NCBI GenBank assembly: GCA_937894465.1
Contig: CALCRE010000293.1
Span: 9,482-73,481, forward strand
Direction: 5' to 3'
From: an uncultured Clostridia bacterium
GTDB lineage: Bacteria > Bacillota > Clostridia > JAAYHZ01
DNA length: 64,000 nucleotides
Shown: piece by piece, positions 40,763 through 51,116 of the stretch
Numbering within the stretch: position 1 is the first letter of the stretch
Layout: each line of letters opens with the position of its first letter
Program-made: the position numbers and the translations under genes
The notes under the pieces: model-generated
Told to the model about the DNA's origin: nothing
The model's input: the letters and a program-made list of their open reading frames with translations, nothing else
Databases searched by the model: none

Positions 40763-42528
40763 TCCCGATTGAGAATGTTACAAATTGTATCCATCCATTC
40801 TTTGACTTGATCTACATGAACCTGGCGGTCGACGACGGTTTGATCTTGTCTATTCATCCAAGCAGGTATGTTTAATTTTCTTCCGTATAACCTTTTAAAG
40901 AGATTTTCCATATCCGCTGTTACGACAGTATAGGGTAAGAACTCAAAAAAGTTCTTGATGATATTCGAATTTTCTTGGATATTGTCATCATAAACATTCA
41001 ACAAATAGTTTTTAAAAGCAATGATGTCCTCATAAGCTTTCTTCCCCTTTTCGGTTCTTCGCACCATCAAGGACGAGAAAACGGTGATTAATATACCGGA
41101 TAGCATCATGGAAAAATACTCAGTCATATACAATGAATCGTTGTTATATACCAACAACAAAAAGAATACAAACATACACACACCTAATGTCATTTGTAAC
41201 CAATGTCCCGACGTTAGATTCTTCAAACGATGCGACTTGATTTTCCGAACAATTGCGTTAATGCTTTGAGACAACATAAAAAAGAACAAAGAACAAAACA
41301 ACGCCAATGTCAAGGAAATGCCGCTTTGTCCGGTGTACACATAAAAGGTCTTGAAAGTGATATATATAAAAGGAATACTTGCAGTAAAGCGAATCATTTC
41401 ACGTAGCAGCGTTATTTTTGGGGGAAACATACATTCCCGCGGTTGACTGTAAAATTGATAAATATCCTCATCAATTTTACTCTTCTTACGTTTTAAAATT
41501 CTATGCAACCCACCGATGCTTACATATTCCTTTTCGGAAAAGATCTCGTTATACAAACTCTTTTCGTAAGACTTTGCATCAACATCCATTTCATCCTTTT
41601 TAACAATTCGAATAGATTCTCTTTTATTGGCTCTGTCAAGCAAATGGAACTCCACCTTGCCTTTATTTGCCCAATGAATAATGTTAGCAAACACATCTTG
41701 CAGAATGACTTCACCATCAAGTACATAAGCAGCTTCGCACGGTGGTTCGGACATTAATGCATCAGGATCTTCCCGATGTTGTTGTATTGAATTGTTGTCG
41801 AAAATAAAGCATACCAAACAACTGAATAATAATAAGATGATCACTGTTATATTCGCAATAATAGTAAGGGATTCGAACACGTTAGTATTCTTTTTAGTTT
41901 GTATAAAATACCCTTCCGGTAAATCTAAAAGTATATTCAACTCTCTCCCGGCTAGTTGCTCTTCCGTAACTTCCACGGTGATCGTGTTTCCTTCAATCAA
42001 AGCGGGAATATAAACCGGATCCCCCTGCCCTCCTAAATTCACAGACAGATAATTGCTGTTAAAATACTTTGGTAATGTAATTTGAATTTTAGCATTTAAC
42101 ACTTTGCCATATGATTCATCAGGTACGAGGTTCAGATAAAAACGATCTTTGTCTACATAAGGATCCGCTCCCATGGAAAGCGTGTACAGATAACTGTAAT
42201 TTCGTTCTCCGGCCACTAAAATATCATTTTCACCAAAAATAGCGGTAACTTTATCCGGATTTTTTTTCAATTCAAACTCGGTATTTAAGCATTCAAATAA
42301 TTCTAAAGACGCTTTTTCCTTATGCGTCTTTAGCGAAATGACCCGTTTATACCTCGGAGAAGGTTGTAAAAAATTAACACTTGCTTTTTCGTAAATATCA
42401 TATGTATTGTTTTCCTTAACAGTTACCTTTACACTAAAGTCAGTAATTATGAATGGTTCTTGCGCTAAAACTTTATTACCGTGTAAAGTAGAAATAAAAA
42501 CAATGATGAATAGTATAATTTTTTTCAC
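40759..42528 (-). CDS. DUF2207-family membrane protein (secreted N-terminal domain plus several TM segments)
   Basis: A signal peptide, a ~200-aa extracytoplasmic domain, one TM segment, a cytoplasmic region and then 3-4 further TM segments. This matches DUF2207 architecture. It overlaps the convergent lipid-kinase gene by 4 nt. Confidence 0.5.
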   Translation of the reverse strand: MKKIILFIIVFISTLHGNKVLAQEPFIITDFSVKVTVKENNTYDIYEKASVNFLQPSPRYKRVISLKTHKEKASLELFECLNTEFELKKNPDKVTAIFGENDILVAGERNYSYLYTLSMGADPYVDKDRFYLNLVPDESYGKVLNAKIQITLPKYFNSNYLSVNLGGQGDPVYIPALIEGNTITVEVTEEQLAGRELNILLDLPEGYFIQTKKNTNVFESLTIIANITVIILLLFSCLVCFIFDNNSIQQHREDPDALMSEPPCEAAYVLDGEVILQDVFANIIHWANKGKVEFHLLDRANKRESIRIVKKDEMDVDAKSYEKSLYNEIFSEKEYVSIGGLHRILKRKKSKIDEDIYQFYSQPRECMFPPKITLLREMIRFTASIPFIYITFKTFYVYTGQSGISLTLALFCSLFFFMLSQSINAIVRKIKSHRLKNLTSGHWLQMTLGVCMFVFFLLLVYNNDSLYMTEYFSMMLSGILITVFSSLMVRRTEKGKKAYEDIIAFKNYLLNVYDDNIQENSNIIKNFFEFLPYTVVTADMENLFKRLYGRKLNIPAWMNRQDQTVVDRQVHVDQVKEWMDTICNILNRD

Positions 42529-42547
42529 TTTACCACCTGTTCTTCGG

Positions 42548-43030
42548 TTATTTATGATAAGTCCTGTTGTTGATTATACTAAATGCCCTATATACTTGCT
42601 CTAAAAGTATGACCCTGGTCATATTATGTGTAAATGTCATAGAGGACAAGGACAAGCGTAAGTGAGCCTTGTTTCTGACCTCTTGTGACACCCCTAACGA
42701 TCCTCCGATGGCAAATGTCAAGTGCGACTGTCCGGATACCATTAAAGACTTGATCGTTTCGGAAAATTCAACCGAATCCATGTCTTTTCCCTTTACATCC
42801 AACAAAATGAAATATGTGTCCTTCTTCATTCCGGCCAGAAGCTTTTCCCCTTCCTTGCGGAGAATCTCAATGCATTCTTTTTCCGATGCATGGTCGGGAA
42901 TAGGTGCATCCGGGATTTCTACGACATCAACTTTTCCAAAAGCCGATAACCTTTTCAAGTACTCCTTTTGGGCCGCTTTAAAATATCCATCTTTCATTTT
43001 CCCGACACATAGAATTTCAATTCTTATCAT
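42548..43030 (-). CDS. rlmH: 23S rRNA (pseudouridine1915-N3)-methyltransferase RlmH
   Basis: MIRIEILCVGKMKDGYFKAAQKEYLKRL is typical of RlmH (SPOUT family). 160 aa. It follows yycJ, as in Bacillus. Confidence 0.85.
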   Translation of the reverse strand: MIRIEILCVGKMKDGYFKAAQKEYLKRLSAFGKVDVVEIPDAPIPDHASEKECIEILRKEGEKLLAGMKKDTYFILLDVKGKDMDSVEFSETIKSLMVSGQSHLTFAIGGSLGVSQEVRNKAHLRLSLSSMTFTHNMTRVILLEQVYRAFSIINNRTYHK

Positions 43031-43821
43031 TACAAGTCGTACAAGGTTCCTACCGCATACCGATCCGCTACTTCGACGGTTGCATCCCTACCAGGTAAAA
43101 TCCCTTCCTTTTTCATTTCGTTAACAGCTGTAATATAGGCTAATTCTTTAAAATTATTTTTTTCACTTAAGTGCCCCAACACCACACGGGTTACTCCGGT
43201 CTTTACCATATATGCAACTGTTTTAGCAGCTACTTCATTGCATAAATGACCTTTGTCCCCTAAAATCCGATTTTTCAGCTTCTGCGGATAGGATCCGATC
43301 TTCAGCATTTCAATATCATGATTGGACTCAAGGAATAATAAATCACTTTTTTCAAACCATTTTAACAAAGCTCTAGTCATTTTGCCGATATCCGTAGCCA
43401 CCACGGTCTTTTTATCTTCCGCCAAAAGGCAATAACCCACCGGATCATTTGCATCATGAGGTGTACGATATGGTTGTATGCATAAATCATCAATTTCAAA
43501 AGGTTTGTCCGCTTCAATACACACCATGTTTTTCTCGTCGATTTCACCGAGCACCGGCATGCATCCCTTCCAAGTTCCCTCGGTGGCATATATGGGAATA
43601 TCCAATGTCCTGGACAAGATTCCCGCTCCTCTGACGTGGTCGTTATGTTCGTGGGTCAGCAAAATACCTTTTAGCTGATCCGGCTTTTGATCGATTTGCT
43701 CCAATGCATTAAAAATCGCTTTTCTGCTTAAACCGGCATCAATCAGTATTTTTGTTTGCTCCGTTCCAAAAAAGAGGCAATTACCACTGCTTCCGCTAAA
43801 CAAACTACAAAATTTGACCAC
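43030..43821 (-). CDS. yycJ: MBL-fold metallo-hydrolase YycJ/WalJ
   Basis: The motif HEHNDHVRG is present. 263 aa. It sits at the 3' end of the wal gene cluster. Confidence 0.8.
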   Translation of the reverse strand: MVKFCSLFSGSSGNCLFFGTEQTKILIDAGLSRKAIFNALEQIDQKPDQLKGILLTHEHNDHVRGAGILSRTLDIPIYATEGTWKGCMPVLGEIDEKNMVCIEADKPFEIDDLCIQPYRTPHDANDPVGYCLLAEDKKTVVATDIGKMTRALLKWFEKSDLLFLESNHDIEMLKIGSYPQKLKNRILGDKGHLCNEVAAKTVAYMVKTGVTRVVLGHLSEKNNFKELAYITAVNEMKKEGILPGRDATVEVADRYAVGTLYDL

Positions 43822-43842
43822 TTATTCTCCTTCTATCGCTTA

Positions 43843-45114
43843 TTACAACTCTCTGCTTATATTCGCACCGAGTTTGTTAAGCTTTACTTCTATCTCTTCG
43901 TAACCTCTGTCTATATACTCAATGTTTTGCACACGGGTTTGACCGGTGGCAAATAAACCTGCTATGATCATAGCGGCTCCTGCTCTTAAGTCCAAAGCCT
44001 TCACCGTTGCTCCGGATAGTTTACCCACGCCTTTAATGACTGCCACATTGCCGTCCACCTTAATTTTAGCTTTCATTTTTTTGAGCTGATCCGTATATTG
44101 AAGCCTGTTTTCAAAAATGGTTTCGGTAATCTTACATTCCCCATTGGATAAACACATTAAAGCACCCATTTGAGGCTGCAAATCCGTAGGAAAACCGGGA
44201 TAAGGTAATGTGATGACATCAGTTGGCATTAACTCCTTATTACGGACAACTCGAATCCAATCATCTTCTTGTGTAATGTTGACATTCATTTCTATAAGCT
44301 TGGCACATAAAGGATCCATATGTTCCGGGATAATATTTCTGATGTAAACATCACCACCGGTTGCCGCTGCAGCAATCATAAATGTCCCGGCTTCAATCTG
44401 ATCCGGTATTATGGAATATGTCTTCCCTCCGGTGAGCTCTTTTACACCTGTTATTCTGATTCTATTGGTTCCCGCCCCTTTTATATTGGCTCCCATCATA
44501 TTTAAAAAGTTAGCCACATCGACAATGTGAGGTTCTCTGGCAGCGTTCTCCAAGACAGTGACACCATCCGCCAATACAGCCGCCATCATTAAATTGATGG
44601 TTGCACCTACGGTAACCACATCCATATATATTTGAGTTCCTATCAGCTTGTCAGCTGAAAGGGTCATTTTTTCCGCTCCAAGATGCACTTTGGCTCCTAA
44701 TGCCTCAAAACCTTTGATATGCTGATCAATAGGTCTTGCTCCGATGTTACAACCCCCGGGCAACGGTATCTCCACACATTTTGTTTTGCAAATCAATGCA
44801 CCTAGCAAATAGTATGAAGAACGGATATTACGAAGCTCGCTAAAAACGGCTTGTCCGCTGTTGATTCCCGAACTGTTTATATAAAATGCTTTTTCATCTA
44901 CTTTTTCTACAACTGCACCGATCTTCTGTGCAACATTCAAAAAAATTCTAACATCAGCGATATTAGGAACATTTTCTATTCTACACGGGCCATGAACTAA
45001 CAACGCAGCCGATAAAATCCCTAATGCCGCGTTCTTTGCACCGCTAATTTCAACTTCTCCGACAAGCCTGTTGCCGCCGGTTATAACAAACTGATCCAAA
45101 GTAATGCTCCTCAA
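43843..45114 (-). CDS. murA: UDP-N-acetylglucosamine 1-carboxyvinyltransferase
   Basis: Start ITGGNRLVGEVEISGAKNAALGILSAALL and active-site region GGCNIGARPID. 423 aa. Confidence 0.9.
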   Translation of the reverse strand: MRSITLDQFVITGGNRLVGEVEISGAKNAALGILSAALLVHGPCRIENVPNIADVRIFLNVAQKIGAVVEKVDEKAFYINSSGINSGQAVFSELRNIRSSYYLLGALICKTKCVEIPLPGGCNIGARPIDQHIKGFEALGAKVHLGAEKMTLSADKLIGTQIYMDVVTVGATINLMMAAVLADGVTVLENAAREPHIVDVANFLNMMGANIKGAGTNRIRITGVKELTGGKTYSIIPDQIEAGTFMIAAAATGGDVYIRNIIPEHMDPLCAKLIEMNVNITQEDDWIRVVRNKELMPTDVITLPYPGFPTDLQPQMGALMCLSNGECKITETIFENRLQYTDQLKKMKAKIKVDGNVAVIKGVGKLSGATVKALDLRAGAAMIIAGLFATGQTRVQNIEYIDRGYEEIEVKLNKLGANISREL

Positions 45115-45137
45115 CTTTGATAATAATTCATTAAATA

Positions 45138-45165
45138 TTATATCATCTTATTGATAAAAAACAAG
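45138..45165 (-). promoter_or_regulatory. candidate sigma-A promoter for murA-yycJ-rlmH (TTGTTT-N16-TATAAT)
   Basis: Read on the minus strand, in the 99-nt gap between yycI and murA. Confidence 0.4.
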
Positions 45166-45213
45166 TATTAACACTTTTAATATATCCTACCCCTAGGAAC
45201 GGAGAATCATGCG

Positions 45214-46059
45214 TCATTTCACTTCTTGTCCGTTCATTAAGCTGACATAGTAATCAAGACCGTCTTCGGTTTGTATCCTCCAGCATAAACCGGCTTGTTC
45301 CTCGGACACCTCAGAATCTGTAAACGTGCTCTTCTTAAACCCTTGATCAATCCGGATTATTTTTGAGTCAACAGATCCTGTGGTAAAGAACTTCAAAAGA
45401 ACTTGACGAGAGTTTAGCAGTCTGCTTTCAGAGCTTTCCACCCCGTTAATAAGATAATCACTTGTTTCCACATAAACAAAACCGGTCTCACTGACAATTG
45501 CCTTGATATAATTATCATACACGATATTCCCTTGGTAATTTTGCATGATTTGAATTTCGGCGACCGTTGCCTGTTCATTAACGGCGAAATCTGTGACTAT
45601 ATAATCATCCCAAACTACATCCAAGGATGCCAAATAGTCCGTACAATAATCCTCCACCGCCTTTTTTTGGTTCACCGATATAATCCTTTCGGTTTTTTCA
45701 CTTTGATCTACAAAATAGAAATGACTGAATTGTCGGTTTAAAAACACCACCTTTTTACCATTGCTTTCAAATTGAGTCTGAGTTCGGTCATCTACAGGAT
45801 CCATCTGTAATAAAGTTGATAACACTTTGTTTTTATCAAATCCCGTTTGTCCCAGATGTAAAAGCTTGGCTTGCCCTTTAATATCCGGTATATTTGTGTC
45901 AATCTCGATACCCCGGCTTACCAGGATAGAGATTGTATTCTCAATCATTGCTTTTTCATTGCTATCCTTTGTACCGGTTTTCTGCATAGTGACAAACAAA
46001 AAGATGTTTAATATAACCAAGGCAATAATTAAAATGTTTTTTACTTTAGTCCAACTCAT
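45214..46059 (-). CDS. yycI: two-component system regulatory protein YycI
   Basis: 281 aa with one N-terminal TM segment. It overlaps yycH by 4 nt and occupies the position after yycH. Confidence 0.65.
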   Translation of the reverse strand: MSWTKVKNILIIALVILNIFLFVTMQKTGTKDSNEKAMIENTISILVSRGIEIDTNIPDIKGQAKLLHLGQTGFDKNKVLSTLLQMDPVDDRTQTQFESNGKKVVFLNRQFSHFYFVDQSEKTERIISVNQKKAVEDYCTDYLASLDVVWDDYIVTDFAVNEQATVAEIQIMQNYQGNIVYDNYIKAIVSETGFVYVETSDYLINGVESSESRLLNSRQVLLKFFTTGSVDSKIIRIDQGFKKSTFTDSEVSEEQAGLCWRIQTEDGLDYYVSLMNGQEVK

Positions 46060-47486
46060 GGTACTGCACCTCCGGATGAACTAAATTGCAGTAACACCAG
46101 GGGAATCCCCGTCAATCCCTTTTCTAACTGTAACAGCACCCCTGCAGTAAGCGTTGATGAATTGGACTTCACATTCATAATATACCCATTATATAATTTC
46201 TCGATATAAAGATCCTCTAAATGAAAATCTTGCTCAGTAAGTAGCTTCACTGAATCATTTTCATAATATGCCGCAGTTTGTTTGTCAGTCAATATAGTTC
46301 TGATCATACCGGTCAGTTTCAATACGATATCTTGACTTGCTTGTACCGTAAATGCATGTTGCAAGTCAGAATAGGTGGAATTATCATAGATATATACCGG
46401 CATATCGCCTTCCACTAAATAATCAAAATTGAACACATAGTACTTTGGATTAGAGTAATCAATATCGGTCAATACCAATGTGGCAGATGTTTTCTCGTCC
46501 ATCAATCCCAAAACCTTTTCCATCATGGAAAGAGCTTTGTTGTATGCCATATCTACATCGCCTTTACCGGTTGATGTTTGCTTTCCGAAATAATCATAGG
46601 TTATCCTTCCGTCACATGATACGGAGTATTGATTTTCCATGTTTGAGAAGAAAACCTTCTGATCAGAACTTAAAGACGAGGTAAATCGATCTTGCATGAC
46701 ACCGAAAAGCCTACCTTTTAGTTCCTTCAGGTCATAAGTATCCTTTGATGTAGAAATGTCAGCGATCAGTGAAGGTGTAATATTAATGGCAAGCTGATAT
46801 TTATGAGGAGATCCCATATACAACTTAACATCATTATTCCCCCTCAGTTGATAAGCAGCAGGATGGGAACCTAACAATTTATAGGAATTCTTATCATAAA
46901 AGTTGGTGTATTTAATAAAGTTGAAGATACTGTCGTAATCAATACTGTTCAACAAATTATCATTGGTCGCATCATATTCCAACTCATAATAACTGTTACC
47001 GTCATAAATATAAAAATCTATGTCAGGGCTGGTAGGGTGAATCACCAGTTGATATATTTTATTAATTCCTACATCCCCTTGTGATTTGCCGGAGTATGCA
47101 CTTACAAATGAAAGCGGTACCGTACAATAATATTGAAACATGATGTATTTTTCACTAAGCAAATCAACCCAGCTTTCCTTAGAAACATATTGCAACGGCG
47201 ATGTGGACAACTGTTTTAAGATTTCGTTTGCAACCAATTGGAGTTGATAATATTCATCGGTTCTACGGGGCAGATCCCAATAATTGCTTTCTCCATCGGA
47301 TATTCGAATGCTTTCCATAGAAACATAATCATAAGAAAAAATATCTTTGCTTGCCGGCGGAGTATTACTATCGAAAAGCTTGGATAAGTCAGAATAATTG
47401 TCACTGATAATAATGGCGAATTGTAAAAAAGCCAACATAACCAAAAGAATAATACTGATGGTTTTTATGTTGTTTACAAATTTCAT
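46056..47486 (-). CDS. yycH: two-component system regulatory protein YycH
   Basis: 476 aa with one N-terminal TM segment. Translationally coupled to walK upstream. Confidence 0.65.
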   Translation of the reverse strand: MKFVNNIKTISIILLVMLAFLQFAIIISDNYSDLSKLFDSNTPPASKDIFSYDYVSMESIRISDGESNYWDLPRRTDEYYQLQLVANEILKQLSTSPLQYVSKESWVDLLSEKYIMFQYYCTVPLSFVSAYSGKSQGDVGINKIYQLVIHPTSPDIDFYIYDGNSYYELEYDATNDNLLNSIDYDSIFNFIKYTNFYDKNSYKLLGSHPAAYQLRGNNDVKLYMGSPHKYQLAINITPSLIADISTSKDTYDLKELKGRLFGVMQDRFTSSLSSDQKVFFSNMENQYSVSCDGRITYDYFGKQTSTGKGDVDMAYNKALSMMEKVLGLMDEKTSATLVLTDIDYSNPKYYVFNFDYLVEGDMPVYIYDNSTYSDLQHAFTVQASQDIVLKLTGMIRTILTDKQTAAYYENDSVKLLTEQDFHLEDLYIEKLYNGYIMNVKSNSSTLTAGVLLQLEKGLTGIPLVLLQFSSSGGAVP

Positions 47487-49288
47487 TCCACTTCACCGTC
47501 TCTTCTTTTAATCGGTAATGTAATCCTCACTTCCGTTCCCTTGTTTAAAACCGAAGCAATTTCAATTTTGCCACTATGGGCATCAATGATTTCCTTGGCG
47601 ATAGATAAACCTAAGCCGGTTCCGCCCATATCACGGGAACGTGCTTTGTCCACACGATGGAAACGTTCAAAAATCAAGGGAAGATCATTTTTAGGAATAC
47701 CAATGCCGTTATCGGTAACCTTCACAAGAATATTATCTTCCAACGCTTTGGAGTATATCAGGATCTTTCCATCTTGCGGTGTATACTTAATGGCATTATT
47801 CACAATGTTCACAAGTACTTGTTCTAATCGATACACATCCCCTTCAATAAAGGGAAGATCGTCGGAGATATTCAGTTCAATGGTTTGGTTCTTTTTATCT
47901 GCTTCGGATTTAAGCTGTTCCATACAATCATCGATCAGCTTTAACATGTTCACCTTTGATATCTCTAATGTCAGCTTCTTATTATCGAACCTTGATAATA
48001 ATAACAAATCTTTGACCATGCGAGTCATACGGTCTGCTTCCCCGTCAATCACTTGTAGATATCTTTGTGTCAAACCCGGATCATCCACACCGGACAACAA
48101 CGTCTCTGCATACATTTTAATCGATGACAAAGGCGTTTTGAGTTCATGAGACACATTAGCGACAAATTCCTTTCGCATTTCATCCAACATGGTTTGCTTT
48201 GTCAAATCTACAAGAACCACTATGATGCCCTCCGGAACCTTGTATTCATTTTTAAATACAACACAATATAAGCGATAGGTTCTCTCGTCAATATGGATAT
48301 TCTCTTCGTAATTGATTTCATTTTCCTGAATAATGTCTTCTGCTTTTAAATCTATATTCAAAAACCGAATCAAGGAGTTTATATTCGAGCAATTCTTTTC
48401 ATCACATACAATCTTTTTTGCAGCAGGATTCACATGCAAAATATTTCCTTCCATATCATATGCAATAACACCTTCTGACATGAAATTCAAGATGGTTTCC
48501 ACTTTGTTCTTTTCACTGGCAATGTCGTCCAGCTTTTCTTTTAAAGATGCGGACATATCATTAAACACATGGGTTAATCGCCCGATTTCATCGTTGGAGG
48601 TCACCGGGAGCTGTCTTCCGAAATTACCATATGCAATGCTTTCGGCTTTTCTCATGATGCTGTTGATGGGGCGAGTAATGTATTTAGCCAGCAAAAACCC
48701 CAAGACCATAGATATAGCCAAGGAAATCACCAATGTGGACAATAATATACCGGTCAACTCATTGATCATGAGCTTCCATTCATCTTTGTAATATCGGAAA
48801 TAATATACGGTTCCTTTACTGTTTACGGCATAATCATAATATTCCCTGCCAATGATCGAACGAGTGGCCTTTTCGTCCCCCTTCTTTCCTGCCATGGCAG
48901 CTAAAAAATTACCGGACAAAAACAAGTCATGAATAAATTCCGTTTCTCCGCCTTCCAAATAATGAATATCATTTGAGCGGATTTGGTTGGTTTGTACATC
49001 CACAATGGTGAAGCTTTTATTCTCACTGTATAATCTTAATGCATGAATATAGGTATCGGTAAATCGATCATACAATTCCTCCAAAGAAATGGAGTCACTT
49101 AAATTAACAATATGCACAGAAAAACCTTCCTCAAGGTCCTGCACAAATTGTGTATAATAGAAATCATCAATCTTATCATCGAGGATAACACCAACCGTTA
49201 AAATAATACAAATGGCGATAATGAATATAAATATTACCAATCGCCATTGTATGCTGTGAAATGACATATAGTTTCTCCAAAATTTCAA
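47483..49288 (-). CDS. walK: cell-wall-homeostasis sensor histidine kinase WalK (VicK/YycG)
   Basis: Two TM segments flank an extracytoplasmic loop, followed by HAMP, PAS, HisKA (VANVSHELKTPL) and HATPase (GGTGLGLSIAKEII) regions. 601 aa. Confidence 0.85.
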   Translation of the reverse strand: MKFWRNYMSFHSIQWRLVIFIFIIAICIILTVGVILDDKIDDFYYTQFVQDLEEGFSVHIVNLSDSISLEELYDRFTDTYIHALRLYSENKSFTIVDVQTNQIRSNDIHYLEGGETEFIHDLFLSGNFLAAMAGKKGDEKATRSIIGREYYDYAVNSKGTVYYFRYYKDEWKLMINELTGILLSTLVISLAISMVLGFLLAKYITRPINSIMRKAESIAYGNFGRQLPVTSNDEIGRLTHVFNDMSASLKEKLDDIASEKNKVETILNFMSEGVIAYDMEGNILHVNPAAKKIVCDEKNCSNINSLIRFLNIDLKAEDIIQENEINYEENIHIDERTYRLYCVVFKNEYKVPEGIIVVLVDLTKQTMLDEMRKEFVANVSHELKTPLSSIKMYAETLLSGVDDPGLTQRYLQVIDGEADRMTRMVKDLLLLSRFDNKKLTLEISKVNMLKLIDDCMEQLKSEADKKNQTIELNISDDLPFIEGDVYRLEQVLVNIVNNAIKYTPQDGKILIYSKALEDNILVKVTDNGIGIPKNDLPLIFERFHRVDKARSRDMGGTGLGLSIAKEIIDAHSGKIEIASVLNKGTEVRITLPIKRRDGEVE

Positions 49289-49995
49289 TCGGTTACATAC
49301 TTAATATAATAACCGATTCCTCTCTTCGTGTGTATGTATTTTCCGGAGTCTTGGGTTTCATCTTCAATTTTTTCACGAATTCGAGCCACCGTTACATCGA
49401 CGGTTCTCTTGTCCCCGGGAAATTCGTAACCCCAGACTTCTTTTAACAACTGTTCCCTGGTGAAAATTTGCCCTAATCTTTCAGCTAAAAATTTAACCAG
49501 CTCATATTCACGAATGGTAAGATGTAAATCCTCACCACTTCTACGAACTTCAAATCTTTTGGTATCGATTTGAAGTTTCCCAACGTTGATAATATGCGAA
49601 CCGGAGCTATTATCGTTTTCTTTTTCTTGGATCTCGGTTCTCCGAAGGTTGGATTTTATTCTTGATAACAAAACCCTAATGGACGGCGGCTTGGTGATAT
49701 AATCATCCGCTCCTAGCTCTAGTCCTAACACTTGGTCGATCTCTTCTTCCCTGGCAGTCAGCATAATAATCGGTGTGTTGTATTTTTCTCTTATCTTTCG
49801 ACACACAGAAAATCCGTCCATTTTAGGTAACATGACATCCAACAAAATCAAATCCGGTTCATATTGATTATTCAAACGAACAGCTTCCTCACCGTCATAT
49901 GCTTCTTTCGTTTCATATCCCTCTTTTTGCAAGTTAAATTTTAATATATCGACAATGTTTGGCTCGTCGTCTACAATCAATATTTTCTTTCCCAT
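49285..49995 (-). CDS. walR: OmpR-family response regulator WalR (YycF/VicR)
   Basis: MGKKILIVDDEPNIVDILKFNLQKEGYE closely resembles WalR/YycF N-termini. It has a winged-helix C-terminal domain. 236 aa. Confidence 0.85.
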   Translation of the reverse strand: MGKKILIVDDEPNIVDILKFNLQKEGYETKEAYDGEEAVRLNNQYEPDLILLDVMLPKMDGFSVCRKIREKYNTPIIMLTAREEEIDQVLGLELGADDYITKPPSIRVLLSRIKSNLRRTEIQEKENDNSSGSHIINVGKLQIDTKRFEVRRSGEDLHLTIREYELVKFLAERLGQIFTREQLLKEVWGYEFPGDKRTVDVTVARIREKIEDETQDSGKYIHTKRGIGYYIKYVTD

Positions 49996-50019
49996 TTAAA
50001 TCTCCTCTTCACTAATTTC

Positions 50020-51099
50020 TTATTTACCAATCAAAAAGTCGAAATCGGCTTTTGCGATCATATAATTGTACTCATTCGTTAAAAATGAATACCGTGCAGC
50101 ACGATAATTATTTACTGCCGCAATATAACTGTCCCAATTAACGATTTCCTTTTGGTATTTGACATTTGCTTCGTCCATAGCATTTTTCTTTATATCAAGA
50201 TTCATTTTCGCCAACTCAATCTTATTATACTTTGTTTTCAGGTTATTATAAGCAACCCTTATATTATACTCTAAGTTCACCAAAGCCACTTCTTTACTGT
50301 TAATGGCATTCTTGTAGTTGTATTCGTTTTGCCAATAAACAGCCATGTCATCTTCATAGAACTTTTTTGTCAGGTTAATCACTTCTTCTTGTATCTTGAC
50401 ATCCATTGTTTTACTATACATATTGCTGTCCGATGTTATGGTTTCTTCTATTACTTTTTGCAGATCTATTGTATCCGGAGCATCATATGTAAATTCAATA
50501 TTTTCAATAACCAAATCCTCCTCCGAAAGAGGAATATTCAGCAATATCTTAAAATCCATATTTTTCTTATCCAAACCGTATTTTAAATCGGCGATGGTAT
50601 CTTTTCTACTTTCCACGGTATATTCATAACCCATATAAGCTTCATATGACATCTGATTTGCTTTATAGCTTGTATATGCTCTTTGTTGCTTTTTTTGATC
50701 GACTTCCAATAACTTCTCTTGGTAAGCGATATTTTCATATGTAACAATCAATCCTAATGATTGCTTATATACATTAAGCTTTAATAACCTGTTTGCATCT
50801 TCCTTTTGCATCTTGGCATATTCATATACCTTCTCGGTTACGATAGGCGAAACATATCTGTTATAACTACTACCATATGAAGTAATCGAAGTATAAGGTG
50901 CTTTTCTCACCGCTTCATCATAGTTAATTTTGTACTCTTCAATTTTTATATCTGTTAATTCATTTTGTTTTTGGTTATTCCCCATGGCCATATCAATTGC
51001 CGTATTGATGCTTATTTTATTCCCTGACCCGGCCGCCATAGCTGTTGATATCCAGCACACCAGTATAACCATTACCAATATTTTCGCTGATTTTTTCAT
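50020..51099 (-). CDS. TolC/OEP-like protein (secreted, about 360 aa)
   Basis: A signal peptide is followed by OEP-like repeat starts (ISINTAIDMAMGNNQKQNELTDIKIEEYKINYDEAV...APYTSITSYG). It is rich in coiled coil, Asn and Tyr. Only 24 nt separate its stop from the walR start. Confidence 0.4.
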   Translation of the reverse strand: MKKSAKILVMVILVCWISTAMAAGSGNKISINTAIDMAMGNNQKQNELTDIKIEEYKINYDEAVRKAPYTSITSYGSSYNRYVSPIVTEKVYEYAKMQKEDANRLLKLNVYKQSLGLIVTYENIAYQEKLLEVDQKKQQRAYTSYKANQMSYEAYMGYEYTVESRKDTIADLKYGLDKKNMDFKILLNIPLSEEDLVIENIEFTYDAPDTIDLQKVIEETITSDSNMYSKTMDVKIQEEVINLTKKFYEDDMAVYWQNEYNYKNAINSKEVALVNLEYNIRVAYNNLKTKYNKIELAKMNLDIKKNAMDEANVKYQKEIVNWDSYIAAVNNYRAARYSFLTNEYNYMIAKADFDFLIGK

Positions 51100-51116
51100 A
51101 TGAACGACATCCTTTC

